Part shown: positions 49,442 to 62,353 of the stretch, in pieces
Numbering within the stretch: position 1 is the first letter of the stretch
Layout of the letters: each line of letters starts with the position of its first letter
Notes under the pieces: generated by a model
The model's input: the letters and a program-made list of their open reading frames with translations, nothing else
Databases searched by the model: none
What the model was told of the DNA's origin: nothing
Translations under genes and position numbers: made by a program
NCBI GenBank assembly: GCA_001949185.1
Contig: BDGG01000001.1
Span: forward strand, 5,800,103 to 5,864,102
Direction: 5' to 3'
Length of the DNA: 64,000 nt
From: Ramazzottius varieornatus
Taxonomy: Eukaryota > Animalia > Tardigrada

Positions 49442-52400
49442 GTACAACTACTCAAAAGATTGCCCCTCCTGGCGTCCATTGCCGTACGCTCATCTCGATG
49501 CGGTTTCATTACACTCTGCTAGCAGAGCGTGCTAAGGCGGGAATTTCTTTACTGGTCTTGTCCTTAAGCAATAACATGATGACAAGCTTCGAATTATAAT
49601 GCAGGTGTGTCGGGCGGATATTCGTTCATGTTGTTGTCACTTTGAATTGTATGTCGCTAGTTTCGCAAGATGTATATCTTCAACGCACAGTTCCACCAAG
49701 CGAAGACTCGGGCAAGCGAAAATAAGGATTTTCGCCGCGGCGAAGAACGGCAAAAGTTATTATTTTCGCTTCGGCAAATATCGTCGTAAACGCAATTAGC
49801 TGATCGATGTCCCGTTCGCGGCGTCATTAATTAAGAAACCAAGGCGATCTGCGACCAGCTGATTTTGGCGGATAAGTTGTTTCGTGCAAGTTCGAATAGA
49901 AAGCAGGCGTTTGAACTGTCTAATCTCACAGGTGGGTCTCTACGCTGACACGTATCCTTACCAAGTAACAGATGGATAAGTGGAACACCCAAAACCTATT
50001 CACCTCAAAAACTGGGCAAGCGGCAGAGTAAGTCAGTAAGGCGTGACTCACTCCTTCGGTACGGAACGTGCATCAGGAACATACCATTCTTCCATGAGCG
50101 AGAGCCAGGTTGCATAGCGTAATAAACTTCCTCGCCGATTGGTCACAAATTTAATTATTCTTGTCTGGATGCGCGCTCCCTATGACTTCGTCTAAAGACG
50201 ACGTCATAGGGAAGTAGTTCTGTGCTGCTTTAGAGAAAGCTAGTTATGTAGTTTCGCCTTTGCCTGGAGTTAGGATAATCGGTGCCGTGAAAGCTGACTT
50301 GACGGAATGGTTTCCCGACAGAGTGATCTGCCTCCTTGGCCGTACGTTTATTCCCGGAAACAACGCAGCCCTGGAGCAACCTGGAAGACTTCCCGAAAAT
50401 ACTGAGTCAAAAGGCGTCCCGCACGTATCACATCCTCGAGTACTGTACGAGTTTCTATCTCGGACGGCTCGAACCCTCGAGAGGTTTCAGTACCGAGATT
50501 ACAGGCAACAAAAAGAATAAATCCATCAACAACTCCATGATACTTCTTCGCGACTGGATCCCATTCTGCTCGCATTGCTGGCTGACAACACGATCGGGAC
50601 TTTCAATGCCGTTAATCCTGGGGTTGTTGACCAACCTTGAGCGATATGGTGCTTTGTCGTAGACAAGCTTGACTACTAGCTTATTTCACCATCTGAGCGA
50701 CTTTGTATTGTCGTTGCAAAGAGGTCAAAGAATTCGTTGCGTACAGACCGAGTCGTCGTTTTGATTCGGGGGTTAATTCAAAATTTGCGGAAGAGATACA
50801 CTGTTCCAGATATCTTGAAGCCAATTGATGAGCGCATCGCGAAAGTTTTAGTTACAGTACGAGGTAGAGACGTAATTCGGGCATAGTGATTTTCGCATCA
50901 TAACTCAGGCATATTTTTTCTGAGCTTCTGCTGCATGTGGTCACGTTCTTATTGTTTTTAGAGGTAGATCAATCTATCCTCAAGGTTCAAAAAGGTTTGA
51001 TGACGATGAAATGTTGTAGGTCAGAAGAATCTGTCGTGAGGGAGAGACGGGTCGGCCCAATTTAAAAAGCTTAAAGTTGTATCAACAAGTGTACGATGAG
51101 TAATCAATCAACAAAGCGCTGATAAAAAAGCTCAAACGTTTCGCATTGCCCGACTTGCAGTGGTGCTCGGACAGGTCTCCAAATGGCGAAAAATACGCAA
51201 GGTCAAGGTAAGGTGCTTGACTAGCCTTAGGCCACACCTCTCATACTCTGTCTGGCTCTCCTCTGAACTATAATTTAACATCAATAAAACGTCCGAAAAA
51301 AGGCCACGTGCAGGTAAGACAGCTGTATAACATTTACAGTTGTTCTGGAGTGTGATTATAGCTCTTCGAAGTTCAAGGGAACAAGTGACTGCAACAGACT
51401 TACAGATGAAATTGGCAAATGTTCACCCGGAAGTTCGGCGTATTGTAGAACGGAGATTATAGTTTTCCCAAAAAGTCCAGCTTGATCTTCAATCTCGCCC
51501 AGGCCTGGCCTTTTGTCCACCCGCACCGGCAATCGTCAGTAGAGCAAACAAAATTATCTCAAGCTAAAGACCGAGTATAGAATCATGTGACTGGTCATTC
51601 TCTTTGTGCGAGTGATTATGGATTGCATGGTATGTTACGGACCAACAACGCGTTCACTCGCAGAGCTCCTGATCGCTATGAAATTGAGCAAGACACTTGA
51701 ATTGGTGAAATTGGTAAGTAGGCGGAGACGAGACTTCGCACCATCTTTTACGCATCTGTTTGTTTTCATGATGGATAAGCGCTGTGTATGCCTAGCCCGC
51801 ATGCGCAATTCTAGTTCCACCTCCGTCATCGCAACTAGAAGTATTTAGGGTTTTTGCAATTACAGCAGTATTGTGGCCTAATTACTGGACCCTTAATCAA
51901 AGAGGTCAGGTTGCCGCTGCCTCATTTTTATGCCGTTTGATGACCTCTCCGAGCACCACTGCCGAATTATGGTGCAAGAACCGGTATGCCCGAATTATGT
52001 CCTGTTGTCTCGTGCGCGTTTTCCAGACCCTATTGCCTAGAATATGAATTAATCAGCGACGCGAAGCGAGTATGAAACTTCCAAAACGATCATTTGGCCT
52101 TCTCATATGCTGTAAACACGTATTTCCAGGTAATCCCAAAGTTCATCACCTTCCTTTAGAGCCAGCAAAAGCCAGCGGTGCATGGAAACGGAACGGCACG
52201 CGCAGGCCTTTGCACGTTGAGAATTGCTGCAAAGCTCTACAGACCGTGGTGGAAAGTTGTATGGTTGGTGAAGTCAAGCCGTGCCGCGGCCCAACAGCCT
52301 CTACGGAAAACAGTTGGGAAATTACAATGGTAAGCCTGACGTCACGGCTCAAATCGATGCCTGTGATGCCTGTGTAGGGTGACGCAGAAGAGCTCGTATC

Positions 52401-52716
52401 CGATCGTTTGATCGCATGCTCGCAATAATTGGACTGGTCCCCGGAAGAGCTTTCCATACTGCCGCAAACTGCTGAGTCACCCAGCAGTCTGGCAAGCTCT
52501 TCCGGGATATTCTCTCAGTGCAACTTGCCTGAATTGTTGGGGACGTTGTCTGCGCGCTGTGCTTGCTGGCACAGAAAAGTACGCCGTCGTACAACACTGG
52601 TCTGATACGGACCATTTATATGAAGTCGCGGCGGGCACAGCGGCGTTTTGGATCACTAAAAGTGACTGTAAGCGTCGGTACCGGATAAAGTACAAATATC
52701 GCTAATTCAGTACTTA

Positions 52717-53035
52717 CGAGGGACCCTTCAGACCATGTCATTGGTTTGGTCATTCCTCACCGGTATGAGGTTCGGAACATCATTTTACACTTTCCGCACG
52801 TGAAATCTGGAGTTTCCTTGGATAACCAACCAGTTTTTGGATCGTCTTCTGTAACGCTATACAGGCTATAACACGGGTTCTACGGTGAACGACGCACCTT
52901 CGGGATTTCCTCCAGCTCCAGGAAGTAGTTATTCGCCGTTCTTCCCGGTACTTTGTAGAGAGCTGAGGGCCTCAGCTATCACACAAAAGCATTGGTTGCG
53001 CGATCGGCGAGTGACATGGTCTGAAGGATCCCTCG
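52717..53035. mobile_element. 319-bp mariner-type MITE (CGAGGG termini)
   Basis: TA|cgagggacccttcagaccatgtcatt ... agtgacatggtctgaaggatccctcg; 26-bp TIR with 2 mismatches; right TA degenerate. Confidence 0.8.
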
Positions 53036-54188
53036 TTAGTACAACAAGCATCGGATAAGCCTGGTAATTCATTCTGACACTTTTGATACATAGCGAATTC
53101 AGCAAGTTCTAAGACCTTGTTGTTTTTTCCGTGTTACTTTCCAGAACACGCGATTAAAAGATATCCGATCTCTTCTAGCTACTATCATCAAAAGATGAGA
53201 TACCTGGTACGAGGTACTCGCACAGAAGAGGTAATCTTTTGAAAAGATGCAGAAAAATGTGTTTAAATTTTCTTCGCAAACTCTCGCATCTCGTGATGTT
53301 ATTCTTGCGTCATCCGCACCCATGGAAGGAATGCAGTTTTTCGAATATTTGGGATAGGTGAATTTTTAGCCCTGCGGCAAATAGCAACTAGAGTGTGAAG
53401 GGAATACAGTGAAAGCCAACCTTTATCAGAAACTGCAACGCAGCAGCGAAAACAGAAAAGTTTTCAAAATCCGGCTGTTGATCCGGTAGCGCAACAGATG
53501 GATTCACCTGTTTCCCGTGCGATCTTTTGCTTTGTAGGGATTAAAACTTTTTTCTCGAGTTCTAACACTGATCACGCTCAATTTCCCTGTGCTCAAACTA
53601 GTCACCAGACGTGATTATTTATCCGGTGTTGAATTCGAACTCAAAATCTCAACCGGGAAGAAGTCATATGATTTTTCAAGATCGTGGAGCACTCCAAAAA
53701 CCTCGCTTCAATTATTTCACAAGATATTTTTCAGCAAATGGCTTTGCAACCTGGGATCTAATTTTGCAGTATTGATCATAAATTGCTCTCACGTTATGCA
53801 AAAAGTTGCAGAGATCGAACGACTTCAAATTTTCTGCTGAACGGAGCTTTAAAACTTATTGAAACCCTCATGTATGTATAATCCTAGCTATTGCCACGTG
53901 GACACATCAAACCTTACCGAAGTCTTCAGTTGGTACTTTCGTAGGACATCAACATTTGGCAAACGGTATCCTGCAGTCTATGGTTGAGAAAACGTATACT
54001 GTCTCGCTAAAGCAGGACCAGTTCTAGCAGAGTTCATTCAAATCGCCGGTCTGGTCACACCACGCTTATGTGCTAACTGAGATGCCTAGTCAACCGCGAT
54101 GAGTCTGATCTGCCTCCGGGGTAGTAATTAAGATCGACATCTCCCTGCTGAAGCGGTATCCGCGGATGAGATTTACTGCAGCCACAAG

Positions 54189-55157
54189 ATGACCGGATGT
54201 GGATCAAGCGTGAGCTCGCACTACCAAGCAGCCAGGAGTAACTGCAAACCAGGGCGCCGACATCACGGATGGAAAATTTCCATTCGAAGATACAGTACTG
54301 GGGCTCTCTGTGTGATATTTTTTACTGTCGTCTTTTTCGCCTGTTCATCTTCTGACATCGGTACCAAGTTTCTTTTTCACGATCAAGAACATCAAACGGA
54401 AACCATAGGAAATCTTTTGAGAGAACTCGCGGAATTTGTGCTTAGTCCAGATACGAAAGCCTGTCGACGGAAGCAAAACATTGGAGGAAACTATGACTTC
54501 GGTTCGCTCGATGGCTCCAAGACTATCTGTTTGGATGCGATGTATTTCAACAATTGCTTGATCTATTCTTTTGGCATTGGTGACGACTGGTCTTTCGACG
54601 ATGAGCTGCACGACGCTGGGTGTGAAATCTACTCATTTGATCCCACCATAAGCTTACAGGCTTATCGGAGAAATCGGAAGCACTGGTTTTACCCTTGGGG
54701 ACTGCAGACGGAAGCGAATACTACAAAGAAATGGGAGATGTTGACGCTGAATAACATAAAGCACCGTCTTCGGCATGAACACCGTCGCATTGACATACTG
54801 AAAATGGACGTCGAAGGCGCAGAGTGGAAGTTTTTCCAGTCAGGCCCAAGAGATTTCCGCGAAATCGGTCAGTTGATTGTTGAATTTCATTTGTTTATGA
54901 AGGAAAAACGAAACAGACTGCATAAGCTACCAGCAAAAAAGGAACTGCCTTTAGCTCTTCAGCTTGCAAACAGAGTGCAATTGCTCCGAGGACTAAAGAA
55001 CAGCGGTCTAACTTTGTTCCATTTCGATCCTGTTGTCTCAGACTTGGTACCGTTTCTTAACCAGAACGTTCAAAAGGCTAAGCGCGAGCAGTTTCTGCTG
55101 CCTTCCAGCATTCAGTACGAACTGTCGTTTATTGGTACCGACCTAAAAGAAGAGTAA
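54189..55157 (+). CDS. METTL24-like (FkbM-related) SAM-dependent methyltransferase, intronless, with signal anchor, 322 aa
   Basis: TM ALCVIFFTVVFFAC, DGSKTICLD, CLIYSFGIGDDWSFD..GCEIYSFDPT, IDILKMDVEGAEW, IGQLIVEFH, YELSF. Confidence 0.88.
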   Translation: MTGCGSSVSSHYQAARSNCKPGRRHHGWKISIRRYSTGALCVIFFTVVFFACSSSDIGTKFLFHDQEHQTETIGNLLRELAEFVLSPDTKACRRKQNIGGNYDFGSLDGSKTICLDAMYFNNCLIYSFGIGDDWSFDDELHDAGCEIYSFDPTISLQAYRRNRKHWFYPWGLQTEANTTKKWEMLTLNNIKHRLRHEHRRIDILKMDVEGAEWKFFQSGPRDFREIGQLIVEFHLFMKEKRNRLHKLPAKKELPLALQLANRVQLLRGLKNSGLTLFHFDPVVSDLVPFLNQNVQKAKREQFLLPSSIQYELSFIGTDLKEE

Positions 55158-56600
55158 GCGCTAGTTGGCTTAAAGGTTTGCCTCAAATGTATACATTTGT
55201 ATTTACTGGAAGCAGCACGTACTTAACTGCGGCTCAAGTCTGCGCAGAAGGGCTAGAGGAACATTTATGACCCAGACGGCGGAGAACATAGTTCGTGGCG
55301 AGGAACTCGCACGTTTTGAAGATGAAAGCACTGCCGAATGACGAATCGGCAGAAGCTCTGGATTTAGACCCTCAAACAACCAGTGCCTTTTACTGGCCAT
55401 GGAGTTTTTGAGGCATTTCATCAATCAGATTTGCCCGCAGACTGGACGGCACAAGACTACCATGCACTTAAAGAGGGCGCTGATCCTTGAGACTTACCCT
55501 TCTGACTTTTCGCACCTTGCACTGGTGAAAGTGTAAACTTACAACAATCAGGTTGTTCCGCTCAACTCTCACCGCACCACTGATATAGTGTAACAGGGTC
55601 CCCATGCTTGGGCCAGTTCCAAGGTCATCTTGGTCATTTTCAATGCTGTAACGAACCGAACGGCAGAGTATTTAGTGGGCTCAGTTTATTGGGGCCCTGT
55701 TCCAAAGGCGACGGAGCCGTCTCTACATATTGCACCAGAATCGATAAACAGATCTAGGTACCTTCATACAGTAGTGATTCTTACTTCTTCAATACGTCAC
55801 ACGGACGAGCTTTTAATCAGTAGAGTGCGGTGTGATCTGAGTTTACTTTAATAGACTGAAGTAATCGTAGAAAAAAACCAAGGATGTCGCTCACCAACAC
55901 GGCGAGGTGTCACGTGACAGAGCGAAAACGCATACTTGTGCCGAACGCCTCTACCTACTGGCTAACTTCAGCTCGTAGAAATCGTGCGTGTGACGTTCCA
56001 TTGCGGCCATGAACGTGAAGACATGGCAAATCAAACAATCGAAACTGCTATTTAACGTGACGTCACGGCAATCAAAAGCATTGATTAACGTTTCTGGTTC
56101 AGTCAGCTGTTTCGGGGGTAACAGGCGTTCGTTTCTGACACCGGGAGTCTTCCTGTGATCTCTTTTATGGTATTTAAGCTACGTCTGTCATTACGTTTTG
56201 GAATAAAGGTAGGATGACTCGAGGCTACGGGGTGAGTAACTTGGTGGCAAGAGCAGTCAGTAAAATGACGGAAGACAACGCCAGCTGGAGCAAACGTATA
56301 TGTTACTCTGGACTTTCTCGAAAGTGGGTATTTGATTTGCTGAAGCGTCGACGTTTGAGAGGTGGCATGCGCCAAGAGAAAAAAGACCCACACGGAAGAC
56401 TTCGCACATCTTGCGAACACCCTGCTACATCAACTGTGAAGCTCGTCTCTGGGCTGCAAGCCGAGTCGCAAATATCGCGGCTGAAAATGTTTCAAAAAGT
56501 TTTATCAAAGCTTTTGACTGCAACACCGCTCTGGAAACCTCTGTCGTTTTGATTAATTTAGTTGCCATGCGCTCGCGTTTGTGGCCGCAGTGGTATTGTA

Positions 56601-57802
56601 TTAGGTGCGGAAGTATGTCTTGTCCCCCTTAAAACACCTTGACTTCGAAAATTTATAGTTCTGCTTCCCCTCGTCCTTTCGCTCTAAACTTTTATGCTGT
56701 TAGTTCATCAACTCCCATTCTGAGTTAGGCATACCTGAAATTTCGAAGATTTTGGTGTTTGAATCTTATTGAGGCAGGAACGCATCTCGCATCGCCGACA
56801 AAATCTGATCCGTGTTTCACTGTTAAACACCTTACAGTTTTACTGTGGGCAATTGGCCTGTTCGGTTTCGTTCTGGAGAAATTTCGTTCAAAATTTACCC
56901 TTACGGAAGGCTGACATCGAAAGAGAACGAAGAGGTGCTGACTGATCATGTCAAACCCGCTCCTTCCTCAACCATTGTGTAATACTCACATGACTAGGGT
57001 GTGCTTGCCTAAAGTCTTTCTGTCCCTTTGTACAAAACGGGGAAGGCGAAAGAATAAGAGGAGTAGATACCCTCCCCCCCTTACTTCGCGCACCCCGAAA
57101 AAAACGCAGAGGTTTTTCTTTCTTCGCCCTTCCGATTGCACAGAAGGTCAAAGTGATAGTAGACCGCACTACAACCACTGACAGCACGGGCACTCTATAG
57201 AAGAGTTCTAAGCGAGAAATGATGTGTTTCGTCAGAGGCAAACCACCACAGCAAATTTCGAACCGTGAGCTGCACTAAAAGAGAACCATGATCACATTTT
57301 GATGCCCATCTCATCTGACCGCTATAAATCTCTTTCACCAAGCAAATCTATAACGGTGTTGCAGGCCCCTTTGGAACGGGGCTTTTTATGGAAGGCCTTC
57401 CCGTTCAAGAGGCGACCCACTGCTGTTGCAAAAGCTGCTCCAGAGTGCACACTGAACAACAACTTCTGCAAAACTGCAGGGATAGAAAGTGAAAATTCCC
57501 ATTTACTCTTCTATAATAGAATCTTGGCGCTTATAGATTATCACTTGCTCAAGAACTTGGACTTTCTCTAGAAGGATAGAAAAATCTTCCTGAAAGTCGG
57601 TTAGAAAAGTGCCGTTACGGAGTTTCTTCTACCTCTTCCCCCAGGCTTTTGCAGAAATGGAGCGAAGCGTCATCCAAAAAACTCTCGGGGGATGCCGTAC
57701 TAGTATGGGTGTAAAAGCTGATCAAAAATTTTGAGATATGGCGTCAGAGAAAAATTCAACTTCGGCAGAAGACAAGGGGACAAGTCATACTTCCGCACGT
57801 AA
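56601..57802 (+). mobile_element. 1.2-kb decayed mariner transposon
   Basis: TA|ttaggtgcggaagtatgtcttgtcccc ... ggggacaagtcatacttccgcacgtaa|TA. Stop-ridden transposase remnants TVGNWPVRFRSGEISF..GRLTSKENEEVL (compare TVRRWFQRFRSG..GRP) and YNRILALIDYHLLKNLDFL (compare YSPDLAPxDYHLF). Confidence 0.9.
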
Positions 57803-59780
57803 TAGAAGTGAGAATTAGCTCTGTATAAGAATGCGCCCGAAGTACTTTCAGACGATATCACTCGCCGATCGGGATATCAACGCTTTCATGTGATAGCTGA
57901 GACCGTTAGCTCTTTGCAAAGTGTCGGAAAGAAAGGAAGGTGACCACTTCGTGAAGCTGGAGACAATCCCGGAAGTGCGTCGTCCACCGTGAAACCAGTG
58001 TTATGGCCTGTATCGCGTTGCACAAGATGAACCGAAAACTGCTCATTTATTCAAGAAGGCTGTAGATTTCACGTGTGGAATGTGATAAATGAAGCTATGA
58101 AACTAAAACCAGTGAAGAATGACCAAACCCGTGTTCAAGGTATTTTTTTTAGTTTCTCACGAAAGCTGTCACAGCGCCTCAACACGTGTACCCTGCCTCT
58201 CATGAGTATTCGTGCACCCCACACCTCCATTCGAGAATTCATAACTTCCGTCGCAGTAGTCCGAATTCGCTGGTTCAAACTTCTTTGCAGAGCTCAAAAT
58301 TTTTTCTCCACGATCACGTGCCTTTCGTCCAACCCGATCAACAAATCAACTGCTGGTACTCAGTCTACGTACCCCCGAAAACGATCGTTTCCTGGCGAAT
58401 CAAAATTACGATCAAGAAACTCAACGTTATCGGAGCTCGTCCACGTCGTCGCAGCAGGAGTGCCAACTCCCCTTTCTAAGACTGCGTTTGGCAAGTGAGG
58501 ATTTACTGATAACGCCGGCCTCTCTCACCCATTAACCTCAGCTCGGTCAACAAGTCAGAACCACATGATGATGTTCTGGATGCTGCCGGAGGTTTTATCG
58601 GGGTCGATCGGAGCGGTCGTGCCGTTGTCAGGATACTTGTAAGGGTGCAACAAGCTAATCAGCCGTATTTGTTAAAAATTAGCGAGATTGATAGAAACGC
58701 ATTGCCAGACTGTCGGGAGTGTCGTCGAAAAAATTTGTATGGTTGGGTTCAGTTGCTGTTTGATTGAAGAACAAGTGGTTCGTTGTATAGCTTGTTTGCG
58801 CTACGGTCAGATGATTTCGCACAAGTGAAAGTCCACTACCATACGAAATGTGTGGTGGGCCGTCGCGCGAAGTCAGATGGTCAAGTGAGTTGCTGGCGAC
58901 CGCGGATTGTCCGAATCTGGTCACTAGGTCACAGAGTGTGAGTCGTTTTAACACTGGAGGCAGAGATGCATGGCATCGTGGGGATAGGGACTTTTGCAGC
59001 AGCCAGCGTTGAAGTCCCTACGGATCTCAAAGCGGACTGTGGAAAAGGATTTCGAAGGCTCTGTGGCACCAGGCGACGAGTTCGCAGAGGTACTAGCCAT
59101 TGTCGTCAGGATTTTCTGAACGGCCTGTTCGGGACGTCAGACAACTTAGCAATCAGCGTAGTGACCAGATACATTTTCGATTTTCCTCAACAGAAAATCC
59201 GAAGATCAGTAAGCCGAACAATATGTTTGTGGGTTACGACGATTCTTATCTTTCGGGAAGCTGGGCTCGTGAGCGGTTTGGCACAGAGTTATCAAAACGG
59301 CACGGACATTATTAAGGCGTTACCGTTAGAAAGCAACGCCAGATTAACGAGCTTGGTGTTCACAGGTTCTGTAATGGATAGCTTTTTCTGAATCAGAAAG
59401 GCGTAGCTTTAACTTCGCTAGCTTATGATCGTGTCGCCTTAATCAGGTTAGTATACTCTAAGCTAAGCTGACTCGCATCATGAAACCTATAATCTTGCTC
59501 ATCTGTCAAAACAAATAGAAGAAGCTGATTATACCTGTTTTGCGGTATACTAATGAATTACAGTTACAGCTCGGTCATTGCATTTTATGGCGTTCCGACG
59601 GCCTGTTAAGATTGAAATCAGGTCTTCTGAAAACGAGCTGCTACATAATTGAGGTTTCACAAACCAGTTAACAGTTTGCCCGTAACGAGTAACCAACTGT
59701 TGAAGTATCAGACCCATCAGCCATGAATATCCAGATTAGGGTTTCAGTAAACTCCTTCATGAGTAACACTACTTCGAAAA

Positions 59781-60568
59781 ATGACTGGCCTGTGCAGTGA
59801 GAAAATAACCATAGCCGTGCTTTTCGGTTTTATTACAGCCCTTTACTTGAGTTTTTTTCATATTTCCCAAACAATATCTTGCGCAAAAATCATGGAGTAT
59901 CCGAAGAGCGGCAATCAAACCGAATTCGATAGTGATTTCTCGGTTCCCACGTACCACAGTTTATTCACGCGATGTGAGATGCTCCTTCAGTTCGGCTATG
60001 AAGCATCGCGAAAGCTTTGGAGACCGTACGATTGCAGTATGGCGACGTATGCCTTTGATCAGTAAGTTTATATTGACATCTGTTATCGTAGAACTTGTAT
60101 GAGATCTAACGCAGTGCTTCGTGATAACAACAGACTTGCTGATCCGATGGAAGCGCTCAAAAAGGCTACCAGTCGGTCCCGTGTTGGTGTCCTACTGATC
60201 GGCGATTCCAGGATGCGCCAACTACAGATAGCTCTCTACAAGCATTTCGCAAACCGGAGTGATTTTACGACCGAAATGCCTTCGGATGTCTTTTGCGATC
60301 GACATGACCTTCACGAATACTCATATCTTAACGGAACACTGCAGTCCTGTGAGTTTGAACGAATAGTCGAGCCTCATAAGCTGGCTCTAGCCAGATGGTG
60401 GATACCCTTTGCCGAGCATACCACTGTGCAACGACGCCTGGAGACGTTACTGGAATCAGGCGTTAAAAGCATGCCACACATCGTTATTTTCAGTGCAGGA
60501 CTATGGCTAGTTCGTGACTGCTCCAGCAATTTTATTCCCTTTGGCGAATGCATGATTCGTTTTGAAAG
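59781..60568 (+). CDS. CASD1-like SGNH type II membrane protein, copy D (exons 1-2 only; DxxH exon not found in window)
   Basis: Exons 59781-60061 and 60134-60568. TM, CEMLLQFG..LWRPYDCSMATY, LLIGDSRMRQL, WWIPF, PHIVIFSAGLW; same intron positions and phases as copy C. Confidence 0.85.
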
Positions 60569-61022
60569 GTAAGCTGCAACTGCAAGTACGGCCACATTTG
60601 CTGTGTCGGAGACAAGGATGCCGCCGCCCAATGCGAATCATGTGACTGACTACCATAAGACGTTGGATGGCTGGTTGATCACCGATAGGGTTTTTCGTGC
60701 CTGGCTTTCTAACGTTGCTTTATGTCACAACGTGAAATAGCTTATCGTGCGAGCACGCTCCGGAACGGCCGAATTTCAGGATAAGCAGCTCCGGGACCTA
60801 TTATTTTCCATGTTAACTTATCCTTTGCATCCGAAAAGATTTGAAGAACAGTGATACAGAGTCGCTCAACTTCAATCGCGCACGACAAGCTGTTCTGCCT
60901 TGTGACGTCAGCTTACGAGATGAGATAAGTTACGGTAGGAAGCCGAACGTAAGGACAGTCCTACCTGCAAGGTACGACAGTTGCTTCTTCTGCAACAGAA
61001 AACAATTCAGTACTGAATTGTA

Positions 61023-61868
61023 CGGTAGTGGTGTGCACAGGAATCTTTCGACGAAGAGATTTTTTGCCACCCTTGGCAGGGGCCAGGGGCGGGTGGGTGG
61101 GTTTTCACCCCTTGCATGAGAGAAAGCGGTTTTGGTCTAGTTTGCAGCGCGGGATTGTGACTGCTGGCTATGCCTTGTCCGGACCAAGCCCAGGTACTTT
61201 CAGCATGCAAAATCGTTTGATTTAGTCTGAGCACTGGCATATTTGAACAGCCTTCCAGTGTGTATACTGTGAAAGGGCGATAAGTAATGGCTGAGATATA
61301 CTGGCAGCTGACACCTCTGACCGATCGATAGAGCAATAGAAAGATGACGTAGGTGGGTCTACTTCGACAACTGTCGGCTGGTCGCTAGTTCTCATGAACT
61401 ACTTTACGAAAATGCCACGACTCCAGAAGATCGCTACCATCGACGAGCAAATCATCATTCTGTCCGCATGGGGGATCGTCATTGGGGAAAGTACAGATTT
61501 TATATAGCGGAAAAGTGACCGTAAAAAACGTTTTGCTGAAATGACAAGAATATCTTTGCATGGTGCTTCAGTTAACAATGACACCATCCCCTTCGAGAAT
61601 GAACATGACGCCTTTCAAAACGGAAGCACGGCAGATCGTCGTTCTCGTCGCAAAAGAGCCGCGCCACAGGGCTCGCAGTGCCTTGTCACCTTCAAACAAT
61701 TGATTCTGCATGCTGCAAGTACCTGGGCTTGGTCCGGACAAGGGACAGCCAGCGGTCACAATCCGGCGGTGCAAACTAGACCAAAACCACTTTCTCTCAT
61801 GCAAGGGGTGAAAACCCACCCGCTCGCCCCTGGCCCCTGCCAAGTATGGCAATGCACGCCATACACCG
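61023..61868. mobile_element. About 850-bp non-autonomous element with TIRs of at least 155 bp
   Basis: cttggcaggggccaggggcg..ggttttcaccccttgcatgagagaaag..gtccggaccaagcccaggtact (61072-61220) is mirrored at 61697-61844. Outer ends approximate; no clear TSD. Confidence 0.8.
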
Positions 61869-62353
61869 CGCAACGCGATCAGCTGACCAGCGCCCTGCTG
61901 GTGATTCAATGAATAAAAAGAATCAACGCGTGTCTGATCAGATGAGCGATCTCGTAAGAGCAGCATGGCAAGCAACTTCGTCAACATATCAGCCATCCAA
62001 AATTGAAATCGGATGTTTGAACTGTCACATCTCACAGGTACGAGGTAGACTCCATAATTATGTCAGGGTAAAATTTACACCATAATTCGGTCAGGACAGT
62101 GGTGTGCGGGGGCAGCAGTGTCGCAAGCATTAGCGATCCGTGCTGAGCCTGATACCGTACTACGTTTATGTGCTGTTGGACGGGAAAACTCTGGGAGAAT
62201 TTGAACTGCACTATTTCGATTTAATTCTACCTTTCTGATCCCTAAATTCTCTGATCACCTGAGCAAATCATCAGCAAAGTACAACATTTTTAAGTCTTCA
62301 AAAAGCGGAATGCGTCTCAAATATCGTACAACGGCGCATTCCGCCAAGATAAA

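Noticed and set aside
50260-52700. Coding-looking ORF fragments, one ending DLSRDVRLTI|gt like SGNH exon 1
   Set aside because: No GDSR motif in proper context and downstream frames close; could be an old pseudogene but is unsupported.
61007-62035. Similar ORFs sharing WAWSGQG..HNPA.QTRPKPLSLMQGVKTHP
   Set aside because: Translations of the two TIR arms of a non-autonomous element.
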